Below, one piece after another: positions 45,484 through 56,300 of a DNA stretch of 64,000 nucleotides (position 1 is the stretch's first letter; the number at the start of each line of letters is the position of its first letter). The notes under the pieces were generated by a model. That model ran no database searches and was not told the DNA's origin. It saw only the letters and a program-made list of their open reading frames with translations. A program made the position numbers and the translations under genes. Where the stretch lies: positions 96,001 through 160,000 of the forward strand of contig JBDTZG010000001.1 in assembly GCA_040005235.1 (NCBI GenBank), read 5' to 3'. This DNA comes from Acidobacteriota bacterium. GTDB lineage: Bacteria; Acidobacteriota; Thermoanaerobaculia; Multivoradales; UBA5704.

Positions 45484-48400
45484 CAGTAGCCCGGCTGGTT
45501 CTTGATCAGGTCGAACAAGGCGCGGGTCGCTTCGCGGTCGCGGTCTAGCAGCGGGAACAGCGCATTGAGGACCTGCTTCTCGCGGGTTTCGTCCCCTTTC
45601 CAACCCGCCGGAGCCTGCTCGCGCATCACAAGATCGATTTCAAGCGCCAACTCCAGGCGCTCATCCCCGTATTCGGCCCGGGGCTCCGCGACGATTCCGG
45701 CCCTGGCGCTGCCCGCCGCGAAGATCCGCGGCAGGTTGTTGTAGATCAGGGTCGCCTCGCGCTTGCCGTGCAGCTCTGCGGGCAGCCCCAAGTCGGTCTG
45801 CCTCGCCGCCAACCGCTTGGCCAGAGCCTCCTGGCCACGGAGGAACTCTTCATAGCTGATGGCGCCGGTCCTGAGCTGCTGGATCAGGTCTTCGAGCAGC
45901 TTCGACATCTCCTCGTAGAACCGGGGATCGGTCAACTGCTCGCGGAGGATGGTCTTTCTGACGTTGTTGATGATCCCCTCGGCGATCGCATTCTTCGACA
46001 GCTTGCCTTTCTCGTTGAGCTGTTGGGCGATTGCGTTGTGGATCCCGGTCTCGACGATCAGCTCGGTCAGCGACATCTCGCCCAGCTTCCCCAATCCCAC
46101 CGCGGGTTCGGCGTGGATGTAGGTGTTGAGGAGGTGGCGCATGTCCGCCTCGAAGGGCTTGGTGTCGAGCTCCTCGCCCGAGTGCTTTTTGATCGCGGAG
46201 CGAATTTCGCCGTAGCGCTCGACCTCCCTCTTGGCCGCAGCCGCCTCGGCGTCGGAATACCCGGCATCCTCAAGGTTCTGTGCGATGGCGACGTAGGCGC
46301 GCGCCAAGACCGCGACGGCTTTGTAGAACGAGACTCGCAAGGCTTCGGTCTCGTTGAGCGCTTCGGGGTTGGCGGCGTCGCCGCAAAAGTAGTGGAGGAA
46401 CTGTTCTACCTCCCGCGGCGGCGGCACCGGCTCGCACAGGTAGCGCAGCGCCTCCAGCGCCGCTTCGAGGTTCTTCCTGCCTTCCTTCAGCCAATCTTTC
46501 AAATGGACGTTGTTGTCGCCGCCATCGCCCAGATCGGTATCCAGCTCGTCCGAGTTATAGACGGCGATCGCTTCCTGCACTTTGCCGAACAGCTCCTTGA
46601 AGTCGACGATATGGCCGTAGTCCTTGTCGACTCCATCGAGGCGATTGGTCCGGCAGATGGCCTGGAACAGGTTGTGGTCGCGCAGCTCATGGTCGAGATA
46701 GATGTAGGAGCAACTCGGCGCGTCGAAGCCGGTCAGCAGCTTGGAGACGACGATCAGCAGCTTCAGGTTCGCCGGCTCTTCGATAAAGCGGCGCTTGGTC
46801 TCGTCTTCGTACTGCTTGGTGGTCTGATCGCGCCCGAGGACGTAGTTTGTGTAGGTGTCGAACTTGTAGCGCTCGTCGCTTTGGCTGGGCTCGCGCGAAA
46901 TCGCATTGTGGTTCGGCTCATACGAGGTGATGATTCCGCAATACCGGCCGAAACTGGTGTTCATAAACAGACGGTAGTAGTGGCAGGCGTCGTAGATCGA
47001 GGCGGCGACCAGGAGGGCGGTGCCGTGGTTGTCGTTGAGCCGGGACTCATTGGTGAAATCCTCGATGATGCTGGCGATGATTCGCTGTTTGCGTTCGCCG
47101 GAGCTCATCAGCTCTTCCATGGTGGCCCAGCGCTTGCGCAGCACCGCCTTCTGAAAATTGTTGAGGCGCTTGGTCTTCTGCTCGAACCACCGGTCGATGG
47201 CGGCCTGCGAGGTGAGCCGCTGCGGCACGTCGCGGGCCTCGTACTTGAGATCCAGGATCACGCCGTCGGCGACACCCTCGTGGAACTTGTAGGTGTGGAT
47301 GTAGGTGCCGAAGACGTCCTGCGTCATCCGCTTGTCTTTGCGCAGGAGCGGCGTGCCGGTGAAGCCGATGAAGATCGCGCCCGCGAGCCAGCGCTTCATC
47401 TGCTTGTTCATGTCGCCGCCCTGGGTCCGGTGGCACTCGTCCACGAAGACGTAGAAGCGTCCGCTGACGCGGGGCGGTTCGCCCTTCAAGTCGGACGCGT
47501 CGAACTTGTGGATCAGCGCGCACAGAAGGCGCTGTGTAGGGCTGCCCAGCTTTTCCACGAACGCCGCCCGCGAGGCGATACGCGGCGGGGGAGAATCGGC
47601 GCCAATGACCCCGGCGTTTTTCATCACGCCTTCGATCTGCTTGTCCAATTCGTCGCGATCGGTGACGATGAGAATGCGCGCTTCGGGGTCGTGCTCCAGG
47701 ACCCATTTCGCCAGGAGCACCATTACGATGCTCTTGCCGCTCCCCTGGGTGTGCCAGATGACGCCGCCCTCGCGCTTTGCGATGCGCTCTTGCGCTGCCT
47801 TCACGCCGAAGAACTGATGCGGTCGCGGCACCTTCTTCTGGCCGGCGTCGAAGAGGACAAAATTTCGGATCAGGTCGAGCAGCCGGGTCTTGCTACACAT
47901 CTGGGCGAGCGGGCGGTCGAGCAGCGCGCCCGCAACCGGTGCAGCACCGGTGGGCGCCTCGTCCTTCCATTCGACGAAGAACTGCTCCGGTGTGCCAGCC
48001 GTTCCGTAGCGGAGGCCTTGCGAGTCGCTGCCGGCGAAGAGGAGCTGGGCGGTGCTGAAAAACGCTTGATTGAAGATCTCTTCCTGGTTCGTAATGAGTT
48101 GCCGTACGCCGTCGCCGATATCGATCGAGCTGCGCTTGAGCTCGATCACCACCACGGCGAGGCCATTCAAATAGAGGACGATGTCCGGACGGCGCTCGTA
48201 GCCGCCTTTGAGCGTCACCTCCTCGGCGAGCGCGAAGTCGTTTCGTTCCGGGCGCTCCCAGTCGATCAAATGCACCGTTTCATTCACCCGGCCCGCTGCG
48301 ATCTGCACCGACACTCCGTATCGCAGGAGCTGGTAGGTGCGCAGGTTGGCCTGGTAGAGCGTGATGCCGGTCGAGTCGGCGGCTCTTTCGAGCTTCTGGA

Positions 48401-48602
48401 GAGCCGCGGAGATGTGGGCCGCCGAGTAGCCGCGGGTCACGAGGTTGTCGCGCAGGATCGTCGCTTCTATGCGGCGATTGTTCTCGCGCTTTTTCCACTC
48501 GCCGAGGTAGCGATACCCGAGGGCGTCGGGACGCGCCGAGTCGGTGAACAGGGCGACGATGCGGTTCTGCGTGGTGCGCTCGGAGCGGAGCGGTTCGTTC
48601 AT
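45483..48602 (-). CDS. hsdR: Type I restriction endonuclease subunit R
   Basis: [10 protein letters not shown]...IELK nuclease motif, [26 protein letters not shown] and QAICRTNR. Confidence 0.95.
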   Translation of the reverse strand: MNEPLRSERTTQNRIVALFTDSARPDALGYRYLGEWKKRENNRRIEATILRDNLVTRGYSAAHISAALQKLERAADSTGITLYQANLRTYQLLRYGVSVQIAAGRVNETVHLIDWERPERNDFALAEEVTLKGGYERRPDIVLYLNGLAVVVIELKRSSIDIGDGVRQLITNQEEIFNQAFFSTAQLLFAGSDSQGLRYGTAGTPEQFFVEWKDEAPTGAAPVAGALLDRPLAQMCSKTRLLDLIRNFVLFDAGQKKVPRPHQFFGVKAAQERIAKREGGVIWHTQGSGKSIVMVLLAKWVLEHDPEARILIVTDRDELDKQIEGVMKNAGVIGADSPPPRIASRAAFVEKLGSPTQRLLCALIHKFDASDLKGEPPRVSGRFYVFVDECHRTQGGDMNKQMKRWLAGAIFIGFTGTPLLRKDKRMTQDVFGTYIHTYKFHEGVADGVILDLKYEARDVPQRLTSQAAIDRWFEQKTKRLNNFQKAVLRKRWATMEELMSSGERKQRIIASIIEDFTNESRLNDNHGTALLVAASIYDACHYYRLFMNTSFGRYCGIITSYEPNHNAISREPSQSDERYKFDTYTNYVLGRDQTTKQYEDETKRRFIEEPANLKLLIVVSKLLTGFDAPSCSYIYLDHELRDHNLFQAICRTNRLDGVDKDYGHIVDFKELFGKVQEAIAVYNSDELDTDLGDGGDNNVHLKDWLKEGRKNLEAALEALRYLCEPVPPPREVEQFLHYFCGDAANPEALNETEALRVSFYKAVAVLARAYVAIAQNLEDAGYSDAEAAAAKREVERYGEIRSAIKKHSGEELDTKPFEADMRHLLNTYIHAEPAVGLGKLGEMSLTELIVETGIHNAIAQQLNEKGKLSKNAIAEGIINNVRKTILREQLTDPRFYEEMSKLLEDLIQQLRTGAISYEEFLRGQEALAKRLAARQTDLGLPAELHGKREATLIYNNLPRIFAAGSARAGIVAEPRAEYGDERLELALEIDLVMREQAPAGWKGDETREKQVLNALFPLLDRDREATRALFDLIKNQPGY

Positions 48603-50002
48603 GGTAGAACCTCCCAATGGCCACCCTTGGCTGGGCCGACACGTCGCAATCGACCCGTGGCCTTGAGTTGGCGGATCTGCTTTTCCACCGCCCGTGGAGT
48701 TAAGTCCAGAGCTGATGCCATTTGCTGTGCGGAAAGACCCGGCTCCTTCTTCACCATGGCGAGAATTCGATCCTCGGTTTTCGCCGGCGTTTCTACCGGC
48801 GTTTCTACCGGCGTTTTCTCCGAACTTTTCTCCGAACTTTTCTCCGAACTTTTTCCGGCCGGATCGCCTTCGCCCTTTGGTCTCACGGCGTGGAGGTACT
48901 CAGACGAGAAGGCGAAATCCAGCCAAAGGTCGTGGCCGGCCAGCCGAATCTTCGGCTTCGGTGTTCCGGCGTCGCGGCAATCCTGGAAGATGCGCTGGAT
49001 GCCGCGTCCCCAGGCTTCGATTTCCCCGGCGCGGAAGAAGGCGTTGGCGATATTCGGGTTGTAGGGAAGCGAAGCGTGCTCGTACAGCAGGTCGCTCAGG
49101 TCCCAGCCCTCGGGCAGTACGGCGGGATTCCAGATGCTCAGCCGGTCCTCATAGACGCGGATCTGCACCGGAGCGGCCACGGCATAGTCGCGGTGGATCA
49201 ATGAATTGAGCAGGGCCTCGCGCAGCGCGGCATCGGGCACGGGGAAGGATTCGATGCGCTGAATGCCCTCATAGCGGATGGCGGCCTTGAGGTACTTGGT
49301 GCGCAACATTTCGAGGGTCGCCGCCACTTGGGTGAACAGGTCTCCGTGGACCTCATCGTGGTAAGCCAGATCGGATTCGGAGCGGAAGAAGCCGATCTTC
49401 ACGAAGGCGCCGCTCACGAAGGCCTCCGGGTCCTTGTGGAACAGCAACAGCGCAGCCCGTTTGAGGTGGGCGCCTTCGCGGAGTCTGAGCTTGTCGATGA
49501 GGTCCATGTAAGAGCCCTGCAGAGAGCCGGGTTGGACCCGCCCGCTGTGTCGCGCCAAGGCGCGGAAATTCCTGAGCGCGGGCCCCGATAGATTCTTGAT
49601 CGTCACGCCAGGAACGGGAACGCCGTCCCAAGTGCGGCCCTGCCTGCGTAGGAGAAAGCGATCCAGCGCGGCACCCTTCAATTCTTGGAGGGTGCTGCCG
49701 CTGCGCTGGTAGTAGTGGCCGCGATAGCTGATCGGCGAGGGGTAGGCCGACGTCACCACTTCGAGGAATTCTCGATCGCCTTCGCCGCGGAGGTTGACTT
49801 CGACGACGATGCCCAGCAGATCGCGGATCTTGTTCGGCAGCTCTTCCAACAGCCGCGCGGCGTCGGGGATGCCGACCACCCGCCCCTCGTCATCGCGCCC
49901 GATGACCAGCACGCCACCTTCTGCATTGGCGAAGCCGCACACCCAGCGCAGGTGATCGTCGCGCCACGATTCCTTCCATTCCGTGCGCTGGGATTCCTTC
50001 AT
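48599..50002 (-). CDS. Schlafen/AlbA_2 domain + HATPase_c_4 (RecG-C-like) + HTH protein
   Basis: [51 protein letters not shown] and C-terminal [14 protein letters not shown]. Confidence 0.85.
   Translation of the reverse strand: MKESQRTEWKESWRDDHLRWVCGFANAEGGVLVIGRDDEGRVVGIPDAARLLEELPNKIRDLLGIVVEVNLRGEGDREFLEVVTSAYPSPISYRGHYYQRSGSTLQELKGAALDRFLLRRQGRTWDGVPVPGVTIKNLSGPALRNFRALARHSGRVQPGSLQGSYMDLIDKLRLREGAHLKRAALLLFHKDPEAFVSGAFVKIGFFRSESDLAYHDEVHGDLFTQVAATLEMLRTKYLKAAIRYEGIQRIESFPVPDAALREALLNSLIHRDYAVAAPVQIRVYEDRLSIWNPAVLPEGWDLSDLLYEHASLPYNPNIANAFFRAGEIEAWGRGIQRIFQDCRDAGTPKPKIRLAGHDLWLDFAFSSEYLHAVRPKGEGDPAGKSSEKSSEKSSEKTPVETPVETPAKTEDRILAMVKKEPGLSAQQMASALDLTPRAVEKQIRQLKATGRLRRVGPAKGGHWEVLP
48784..48853. 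repeat. Coding 12-bp tandem repeats (SSEK x3, TPVE x2)
   Basis: ttctccgaactt x3 adjacent to ccggcgtttcta x2 plus a degenerate copy. Confidence 0.85.
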
Positions 50003-51249
50003 AACAGCCGCGTTCTCCCGGTAAAGAGCTCCTGCATCATCGCCTGCTTGAGGTCGCGGGTTTTGTTGCGGCGGGCTTCGAGGGCGGACAGTTCGGCGTC
50101 CATGTCGGAGAGGACGGTGCCGATGGCGGTTTGCTCGGCGTAGGACGGAAGTGGCACTTCGATACTGGACAGCGCCGCCGCACTGATATGTACCACGGCG
50201 TCACCCTGACCCTTGCTCGCCTTCTGTGCGTTGACTGGCGCGGTGTTGCAGTAGTAGCCCATGAACATAGGTTGCACGCCGGCAAGTCGAAGGATAACGA
50301 TGTCGCCACCTGCGAATGCATCGCAGTCATAGGTGAAGGCGACGCATTTCCCAATTTCCTCCTTGGTTTCACCCGATCCGGCAAACAACAGGTCTCCTAG
50401 CTTCAGCCTGGTCGCTGTAGCCGCAACCTCCGGAGAGATCCAAGAGTTGAACGACCTGATGTAGTCAGTGTGGTGCGTGTAGATCTCACCGTATCGGACG
50501 CAGGGCAGATCGCCGCTCTTGGCTTCATCCTTTTTGACGCCACGACCCTTCAGAAATATTCCGAGATCCCCCAACCGCTTCACCTCCCACTCGCCGCGGA
50601 AGCCGGGAAGGCGCGTCTGTCCGGTCAGAATCTGCTGCATGGCGGCATGTTTGAGATCGCGCTTCTTGCCGATGAGCCGATCCAGTCCAGCCAGCAGCGC
50701 ATCGACGTCGTTCAAGGCCGTCGTGATAGCCAGTTGTTCGGATAGGCTCGTCGGAAACGGGACTGCGACCCGTTTCACGTCACGAATGTTGATGCCCTTT
50801 ACTGCCTGTCCGATAGTATGAAGTGAGATCTGATGTTGAGCACTTGAAGCTTGAAGAGCGTGGTAGAGAAAATCCTGTGACACCGAAGGGCCGACTCTGA
50901 CTCTAGCTGTGTCTTGCGTGATGTTTGCACCGGTCAGCGAGGAAGGCACAAGAGCAACTCGGCCGGTTGTCCCGCGAATAGTGATTAAAACGTCGCCCAC
51001 AGCCAGGCGCGATCGCTTATAGGCGGCGTCGATCGTAGGATGGGTGAGCAGGAGGTCAGCCTCACTGATCCGACCTGCCATGACATCTTTCACTTTTATC
51101 ACTGGGACCCCGCCGGAGCAGTGCTGCCCGGGCATTAAGATTCCGTAGCAGATTGGCGAATCTCGTCGAACGCATTCTTCAAGGGAACAGATGTACCAAT
51201 CATCGGGAATTTCCCCTGTGACCTGGCTATGTCGGGCCGTCACTTCCAT
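49999..51249 (-). CDS. hsdS: Type I R-M specificity subunit S
   Basis: Two TRDs separated by conserved helices (EQLAITTALNDVD...KHAAMQQILTG; EQTAIGTVLSDMD...KQAMMQELFTG). Confidence 0.93.
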   Translation of the reverse strand: MEVTARHSQVTGEIPDDWYICSLEECVRRDSPICYGILMPGQHCSGGVPVIKVKDVMAGRISEADLLLTHPTIDAAYKRSRLAVGDVLITIRGTTGRVALVPSSLTGANITQDTARVRVGPSVSQDFLYHALQASSAQHQISLHTIGQAVKGINIRDVKRVAVPFPTSLSEQLAITTALNDVDALLAGLDRLIGKKRDLKHAAMQQILTGQTRLPGFRGEWEVKRLGDLGIFLKGRGVKKDEAKSGDLPCVRYGEIYTHHTDYIRSFNSWISPEVAATATRLKLGDLLFAGSGETKEEIGKCVAFTYDCDAFAGGDIVILRLAGVQPMFMGYYCNTAPVNAQKASKGQGDAVVHISAAALSSIEVPLPSYAEQTAIGTVLSDMDAELSALEARRNKTRDLKQAMMQELFTGRTRLL

Positions 51250-53663
51250 TCCGCTCCCATCTTTTCCAGATGCTTCTCGACACGAGTAGTGAGTGCCGCC
51301 ATTTCGTTGATGAGCTTCGGCAGCGGCGTGGCATACCTCTCGGCCAGCTCGCGGATGCGGCCGGTGAGGGTCTGAGAAACGCGGTCCAGCTCGCCCCGCA
51401 CGTTGGCCTCAAGCCGCGCCATCCACTTGTCGTCCACCACCAGCGTCTTGATCTCGGCCGCGGTGAGCTTCGAGTATTTCTCATAGGCCAGCGCATCGAG
51501 CGCGGCCTCCTGCTCCTTCACCGTGCGTTTGAGCACCGTTTCGCTCTCGGCCAGCTCCAGCCAGCGTTTGAGCACCGCCGCCTCGGCTTTGGCATCCTTG
51601 TCGCCTTTGATCTCCTTGAGCCGGGCGGTGACGTCGGCCTTGGCGATCCTGTCGAGCGCTCCCAGATAGCCCTCCTCGCCGCCGTGCTCCTCTTCCAGCT
51701 CGGCGAGACCGGCGGTGGCGGCTTCGAGGTGGGTCTGCTTCGCCTCGATCCGAGCTTCCTCCTTGGCGAAATAGCAGGCGACGATCAGCGGCTTGGGGAT
51801 CAGATCGCAGACCCAGCCCTTATCCTTTTGCTTACCCTTCTTGTCGGTCTCGACGATGCGGGACGGCACAGCGACCCAGCCGTCGGCGGCGATTAGGTAG
51901 GCGTCGTCCTGCATGGTCTCGGCCCAATAGTCCATCAGGTGCTGGTAGACGTCATAGGCATCGAGCAATGGCGCCTGGCGAAACGCCGCGAGAAGATCCT
52001 CGGCAAGGGACTCGATCAGCGCCTTGGGGTGGCCGTCTTTCCCGAAGCCCGTAAGGCGCGGCGTCATGGCCTTGCGCCAAGTGGCGAAACTCTTCGTCGC
52101 CTTCTTCTGGAACGCGGCGAACTCGGCGTGGCCGAGGATGCCGGATTTCACCTCGGCTATCGGTAGCTTGAGGCGCGCGTAACCGCGCCGACCCGCAGAT
52201 TTGAATAGATCGGCGCGCACGCCGGGAAGAACCTGCCAGTACGCAACGAGCGCGTCGAGATCACGCTCCGGAATGCCGCCGCGCAGGTGGCCGTCGATGT
52301 CCTGAAGATCCTCGGGCTCCGTGCTGTCGATGTAGCGCGGCAGATTGAGGTTGAAGTCGTTCTTCGGATCGGCGATCTCGTCCCGCGGCACCATCCGGGC
52401 GTAGCGTGGAGCGTCCACCTGTTTGGTGAAGACGTCGACGATGCGGTGGATGTCCTGCTCGCGCAGACGGTTCTTCGGGCCGTCCTTGAGGAAGCCCTTC
52501 GAGGCGTCGATCATGAACACGCCCTTGCGGCCCGCGGCGTTCTCCTTGTCGAGCACCACGATGCAGGCGGGGATGCCGGTGCCGAAGAAGAGGTTCGCGG
52601 GCAGCCCGATGATCCCCTTGAGAACGCCCGAGAGAACGAGCTGCCGGCGGATCGTCGCCTCCGCATTTCCGCGGAACAAAACACCATGGGGGAGAATGCA
52701 GGCGCCTTTGCCCGTGCCTTTCATCGAGCGAATGATGTGCAGCAGATAGGCATAGTCGCCCTGCTTGGCGGGCGGCTCGCCCCAGGCGAAGCGCTCGTAC
52801 GGGTCGTTCGAAGGCGTGAGGCCGGTCGACCAGGTCTTGTCGGAGAACGGCGGATTGGCGACGACGTAGTCGTAGGTACGGAGCTTCTTCTCGCCGTCCT
52901 TGAACTTCGGCGCGGCCAGCGTGTCTCCCGGGAGGATGTTGGCCGTCGGGAAGTCGTGCAGGATCATGTTCATGCGCGCCAGGCCCGCGGTGGTCACGTC
53001 CTTCTCTTGGCCTTCCAACGTGATGCGCTTGCCGGCCTGGGCCGCTACTTTGAGCAGCAGCGAGCCCGAGCCGCAGGTCGGGTCGTAAGCGGTGGTGGAG
53101 GCCTTTGCCTTCGCCGGCGAGATCCCGATCACTTGGGCGATCACGCGGCTCACCTCGGCGGGGGTGTAGAACTGTCCCTTGCTCTTGCCGCTTTCGGTGG
53201 CGAAGTGCCGCATCAGGTACTCGTAGGCGTCGCCGAGGATGTCGTCGTGATCGGCGCGATTCTGCGAGAAGTCGAGCTGGGGGCTGGCAAAGATATTGAT
53301 CAGGCCGGTGAGGCGCTCGACCTTCGCCGGCCCCTCGCCGAGTTTGTTCGAGTCGTTGAAATCGGGGAAGTCGCTGCGGGCCAGCCGGGCATTGGCCTCT
53401 ACGAGCGGCGCGATGACCTTCGTGTTGATCTTGTCGCCGATGTCGTCCTTGCCCCGAAGCTTGAGCATGTCTTCGAAGCTGGCACCTTTGGGGATCGTGA
53501 CCGGGGGGGCGAAGTCGGCGCTGTTGCCGTATTTGTCCGTGATGTACTTGATGAACAGGAGGAACAGAACGTAGTCCTTGTACTGACTGGCGTCCATGCC
53601 GCCGCGGAGCAAATCGCACGAGGCCCAGATGGAGGAGTAGAGATCGGATTTCTTGATCGGCAT
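51240..53663 (-). CDS. hsdM: Type I R-M methyltransferase subunit M (m6A)
   Basis: LRGGMDASQYKDY, GQFYTP, YDPTCGSG, VANPPF and PHGVLFRG. Confidence 0.96.
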   Translation of the reverse strand: MPIKKSDLYSSIWASCDLLRGGMDASQYKDYVLFLLFIKYITDKYGNSADFAPPVTIPKGASFEDMLKLRGKDDIGDKINTKVIAPLVEANARLARSDFPDFNDSNKLGEGPAKVERLTGLINIFASPQLDFSQNRADHDDILGDAYEYLMRHFATESGKSKGQFYTPAEVSRVIAQVIGISPAKAKASTTAYDPTCGSGSLLLKVAAQAGKRITLEGQEKDVTTAGLARMNMILHDFPTANILPGDTLAAPKFKDGEKKLRTYDYVVANPPFSDKTWSTGLTPSNDPYERFAWGEPPAKQGDYAYLLHIIRSMKGTGKGACILPHGVLFRGNAEATIRRQLVLSGVLKGIIGLPANLFFGTGIPACIVVLDKENAAGRKGVFMIDASKGFLKDGPKNRLREQDIHRIVDVFTKQVDAPRYARMVPRDEIADPKNDFNLNLPRYIDSTEPEDLQDIDGHLRGGIPERDLDALVAYWQVLPGVRADLFKSAGRRGYARLKLPIAEVKSGILGHAEFAAFQKKATKSFATWRKAMTPRLTGFGKDGHPKALIESLAEDLLAAFRQAPLLDAYDVYQHLMDYWAETMQDDAYLIAADGWVAVPSRIVETDKKGKQKDKGWVCDLIPKPLIVACYFAKEEARIEAKQTHLEAATAGLAELEEEHGGEEGYLGALDRIAKADVTARLKEIKGDKDAKAEAAVLKRWLELAESETVLKRTVKEQEAALDALAYEKYSKLTAAEIKTLVVDDKWMARLEANVRGELDRVSQTLTGRIRELAERYATPLPKLINEMAALTTRVEKHLEKMGAEWK

Positions 53664-53718
53664 GGGGGCCGAAAGTATGTCCCACATTCCTCTCCGACGG
53701 TTTGCGAGCCCTTCCGAT

Positions 53719-54990
53719 TTAGGGTGCCCCGACCCGCCACCAGGCAAACCCATACCGCTCCGCCCCCGGATTCTGAATCGGGCTCACCACAGCCAGCCCC
53801 CCGCCTTTCAGGAACGTCAACGCCAGGTACTCGCCTCCGGGGTCGCGGGGGAGGGGCTGGCCTCCTTTCTGCGGGGTGCGGCTCCAGGTGTCGGGCTGGA
53901 AGGGTGGCGCTTCGAGGGTTCGGGGCGGCGCGTTGCCGGGGGCGAGTTGGAAGCGGGCCACGTGGGCTTGCATCGTGGCGGCCGGGCCGGAGAACCAGGT
54001 GGCCGCCAGCTCTCCGGCGCCTTGGGCGACGAGGTAGGGGAAGTACATGAGGTCTTGGCTTTGGACGACGTGCCAGGTCGACCAGGTGGCGCCTTGGTCG
54101 GCGGAGCGGGCGAGCCAGAGGCCTTCTTCGTTGGACCCTAGGGAATAGATATGGCCTTGGGCGTCCCAGGCGATCGGCTCGACCCAGCGGGGCAATGGGT
54201 CGTCGTCGGGGAAGGGGAAGGGCCATGCGCGGTGGCCGGGGGCCGGGTGCTTGCTCCAGGTTCTGCCGCCGTTGGTGCTGACCGCAATGAGATCGACGCC
54301 CGGGTGGTTCTTGTTGCCCGAGGCCGAGTAGGGCGTCACGCGCACGGCGATTTCGCCGCGGGGTCCGACCGCGAGGTGGCTCGATCCGCCCTGGGGGGTG
54401 ATCCGGTCCTGTTCGACCCAGGTGCGGCCGTCGTCCGGGCTGGTCGCGTGGCAGACGCCCTCGCCGTCGTTCCAAATCACGTGCGGGACTCCGTCCGACG
54501 CCACCTCGACCCAGGGCCGGTCGTCGAACCGGGTCTTCGACAGCAGCGTCCAGGTCCAGGTGGCCCCGGCGTCGCGGCTGACGCCGATGCTGATCTGGAC
54601 CCCTTCCGACGTCTGCCGATCGAAGAGCATGGACACGAAATAGAGGGTGCCGTTCGGGGCGACCGCGAGATCCACGTCCGAATTGCCGATCGCGCCTTGG
54701 GCCTCCGTTCCGACGTTCACGCGGTCCCAGGTGGCGCCCTCATCCCGGCTGGCCCAGAGCGTCGGCGTGCTCTCGCCATAGCCGGCGACGAACAGCGTCC
54801 CGCTGGGATGCTCGACGACCATCGGCTCCCGGGTGCGCTGGCCGAGGTGCTCGACGGGCGGGGCCAGGATCAGCGCGGTAGCCTCCGGCGCCCGGGGGAG
54901 GCGCGCGGCGTCAGGGGCGAGAGAGCAGCCGGCCGCGAGCGCCAGAAGGCTTGAGCACAGGAACGTCGTTGGAATTCGTTCGAACATCAT
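53719..54990 (-). CDS. BNR/Asp-box repeat (sialidase-like) lipoprotein
   Basis: Lipobox LAAGC, and repeated SxDxGxTW (SRDEGATW, SRDAGATW, SPDDGRTW, STNGGRTW, SADQGATW). Confidence 0.85.
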   Translation of the reverse strand: MMFERIPTTFLCSSLLALAAGCSLAPDAARLPRAPEATALILAPPVEHLGQRTREPMVVEHPSGTLFVAGYGESTPTLWASRDEGATWDRVNVGTEAQGAIGNSDVDLAVAPNGTLYFVSMLFDRQTSEGVQISIGVSRDAGATWTWTLLSKTRFDDRPWVEVASDGVPHVIWNDGEGVCHATSPDDGRTWVEQDRITPQGGSSHLAVGPRGEIAVRVTPYSASGNKNHPGVDLIAVSTNGGRTWSKHPAPGHRAWPFPFPDDDPLPRWVEPIAWDAQGHIYSLGSNEEGLWLARSADQGATWSTWHVVQSQDLMYFPYLVAQGAGELAATWFSGPAATMQAHVARFQLAPGNAPPRTLEAPPFQPDTWSRTPQKGGQPLPRDPGGEYLALTFLKGGGLAVVSPIQNPGAERYGFAWWRVGAP

Positions 54991-55037
54991 CGGAAGCCTC
55001 AGCGCGGAGCGTAACACCGCGGAATCTTGGAGCCTTT

Positions 55038-55109
55038 CCTGGGACCGCCGAGCACCAGCTCGGCACCGAGGCGGCGCAGATGTCAAAAACAGCCGAGCTG
55101 GTGCTCGGC
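55038..55109. repeat. REP-like inverted doublet (CCTGGGACC family copy 3)
   Basis: cctgggacc-gccgagcaccagctcggc (55038-55064) and the exact reverse complement of its 18-bp core, gccgagctggtgctcggc (55092-55109). Confidence 0.7.
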
Positions 55110-55569
55110 AGCGTGCGCCGGCCGCGAACGGCGCCGTAAAGCCGCTATCGGCTGTCGACGGCGGCTCAGCGGTCTTCGAGAGCGGCTATCCGGCTCTGGA
55201 TTCCGCCATCGCCCGTGGAACCCCGCTATCGAGAACGGGATAGCTGGCATCGCTCCTCGAAAGCCGCTATCGCTCGCGAAGAGCGACGTTGCGGCTGCTG
55301 CGAGCGGCCGTCGGTCTCGGATAGCCGTTCTACGTCAAGGAATTGCTCGTTTTTCCTTCTGCATCCCGCTCTCCGCGCCGGACGCCCGAATCCAGCGGCG
55401 GAAAGCCGCTTTCGACGGCCGCGCCGCCGTGGCGGCGGCCGCATTCGCCCAGCGGGACTCGCTGAGCGATAGCGCCGCCCACAGATCGGCTGCCATCACG
55501 CCATTGGCTCCGCCGAGGCGGATCGGCTGGGAGATGCCGAGACCGCGAGTGGTCTGCCTTACGTGGCGC

Positions 55570-56010
55570 TTACTGAGGTGCCTGAACGGGGTTGTAAGTG
55601 GCGAGGCGTTCCGAATTGGCTGCAGCCAGGAGGAGGCGGTCGGAGCAGGCAAAGGTGACGTCCAGACCGTTCTCCTGAAGCAGGAGGGCGCTTGCGAGGT
55701 GGAGGGCGTCGGCGCCTCGAAGCGGGTGGTTCTCGCAAAGCCCAGGTACGAGAGCCAGGACTTCGGCTCCGATCGGCACCTGCGTGAACCCCTGCCAGTC
55801 CTCCGCCCAACGGACGACGAGCTCTTCAAACTCGTCGGGATGCAAGAGACCTTCGCGCCGACGACGGGCGAAGGTGGCGTGCATCTCGGCAAATGCCAGA
55901 TGAGAGGCGGCCATCGGTTCTCCCGGGGCCGTCAGTGCGCGCATCTGCTCGGAACCGCGTTCCTCGACATAGAGTTTGACCAGAACGCTCGTGTCGACAA
56001 AGACAATCAA
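55570..56010 (-). CDS. vapC: VapC-family PIN domain toxin
   Basis: VFVDTSVLVK, AEMHA, LRGADALHLASA and FACSDRLL acidic tetrad. TTGA overlap with the antitoxin. Confidence 0.88.
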   Translation of the reverse strand: MIVFVDTSVLVKLYVEERGSEQMRALTAPGEPMAASHLAFAEMHATFARRRREGLLHPDEFEELVVRWAEDWQGFTQVPIGAEVLALVPGLCENHPLRGADALHLASALLLQENGLDVTFACSDRLLLAAANSERLATYNPVQAPQ

Positions 56011-56291
56011 CGCCGATCCTCAAGGACCATCTCGGAGGCCAGCTTGCTTCGATTTGGAACCGCCGGCCGTTGGAACGCGGTTCGTAACGCGCGTTTTGGC
56101 AGTTCCACCAGACCGCGGGCTCCCAGCTCGGCCAGGAGCGCCTCTTGGTCCAAGCTCCGAACCTGAGCCATGGGTACCAGCGCAGCCACCGGTTGGCCCC
56201 CTCGGAGCACGACGATTTGTTCGCCGGCTTCAGCCCGCTGCAGGTAGCTGGAGAGTTGATCCTTCAGGACGCGAGTGCTCACGGTAGACAT
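56007..56291 (-). CDS. Phd/YefM-family antitoxin
   Basis: VSTRVLKDQLSSYLQRAEAGEQIVVLRGGQPVAALVP. GGAGG RBS. Confidence 0.88.
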   Translation of the reverse strand: MSTVSTRVLKDQLSSYLQRAEAGEQIVVLRGGQPVAALVPMAQVRSLDQEALLAELGARGLVELPKRALRTAFQRPAVPNRSKLASEMVLEDRR

Positions 56292-56300
56292 GGCGGCCCT

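Noticed and set aside
55138-55414. CRISPR array
   Set aside because: The repeats are only 13 bp, spacing is irregular (122 and 142 bp), and no cas genes are present.
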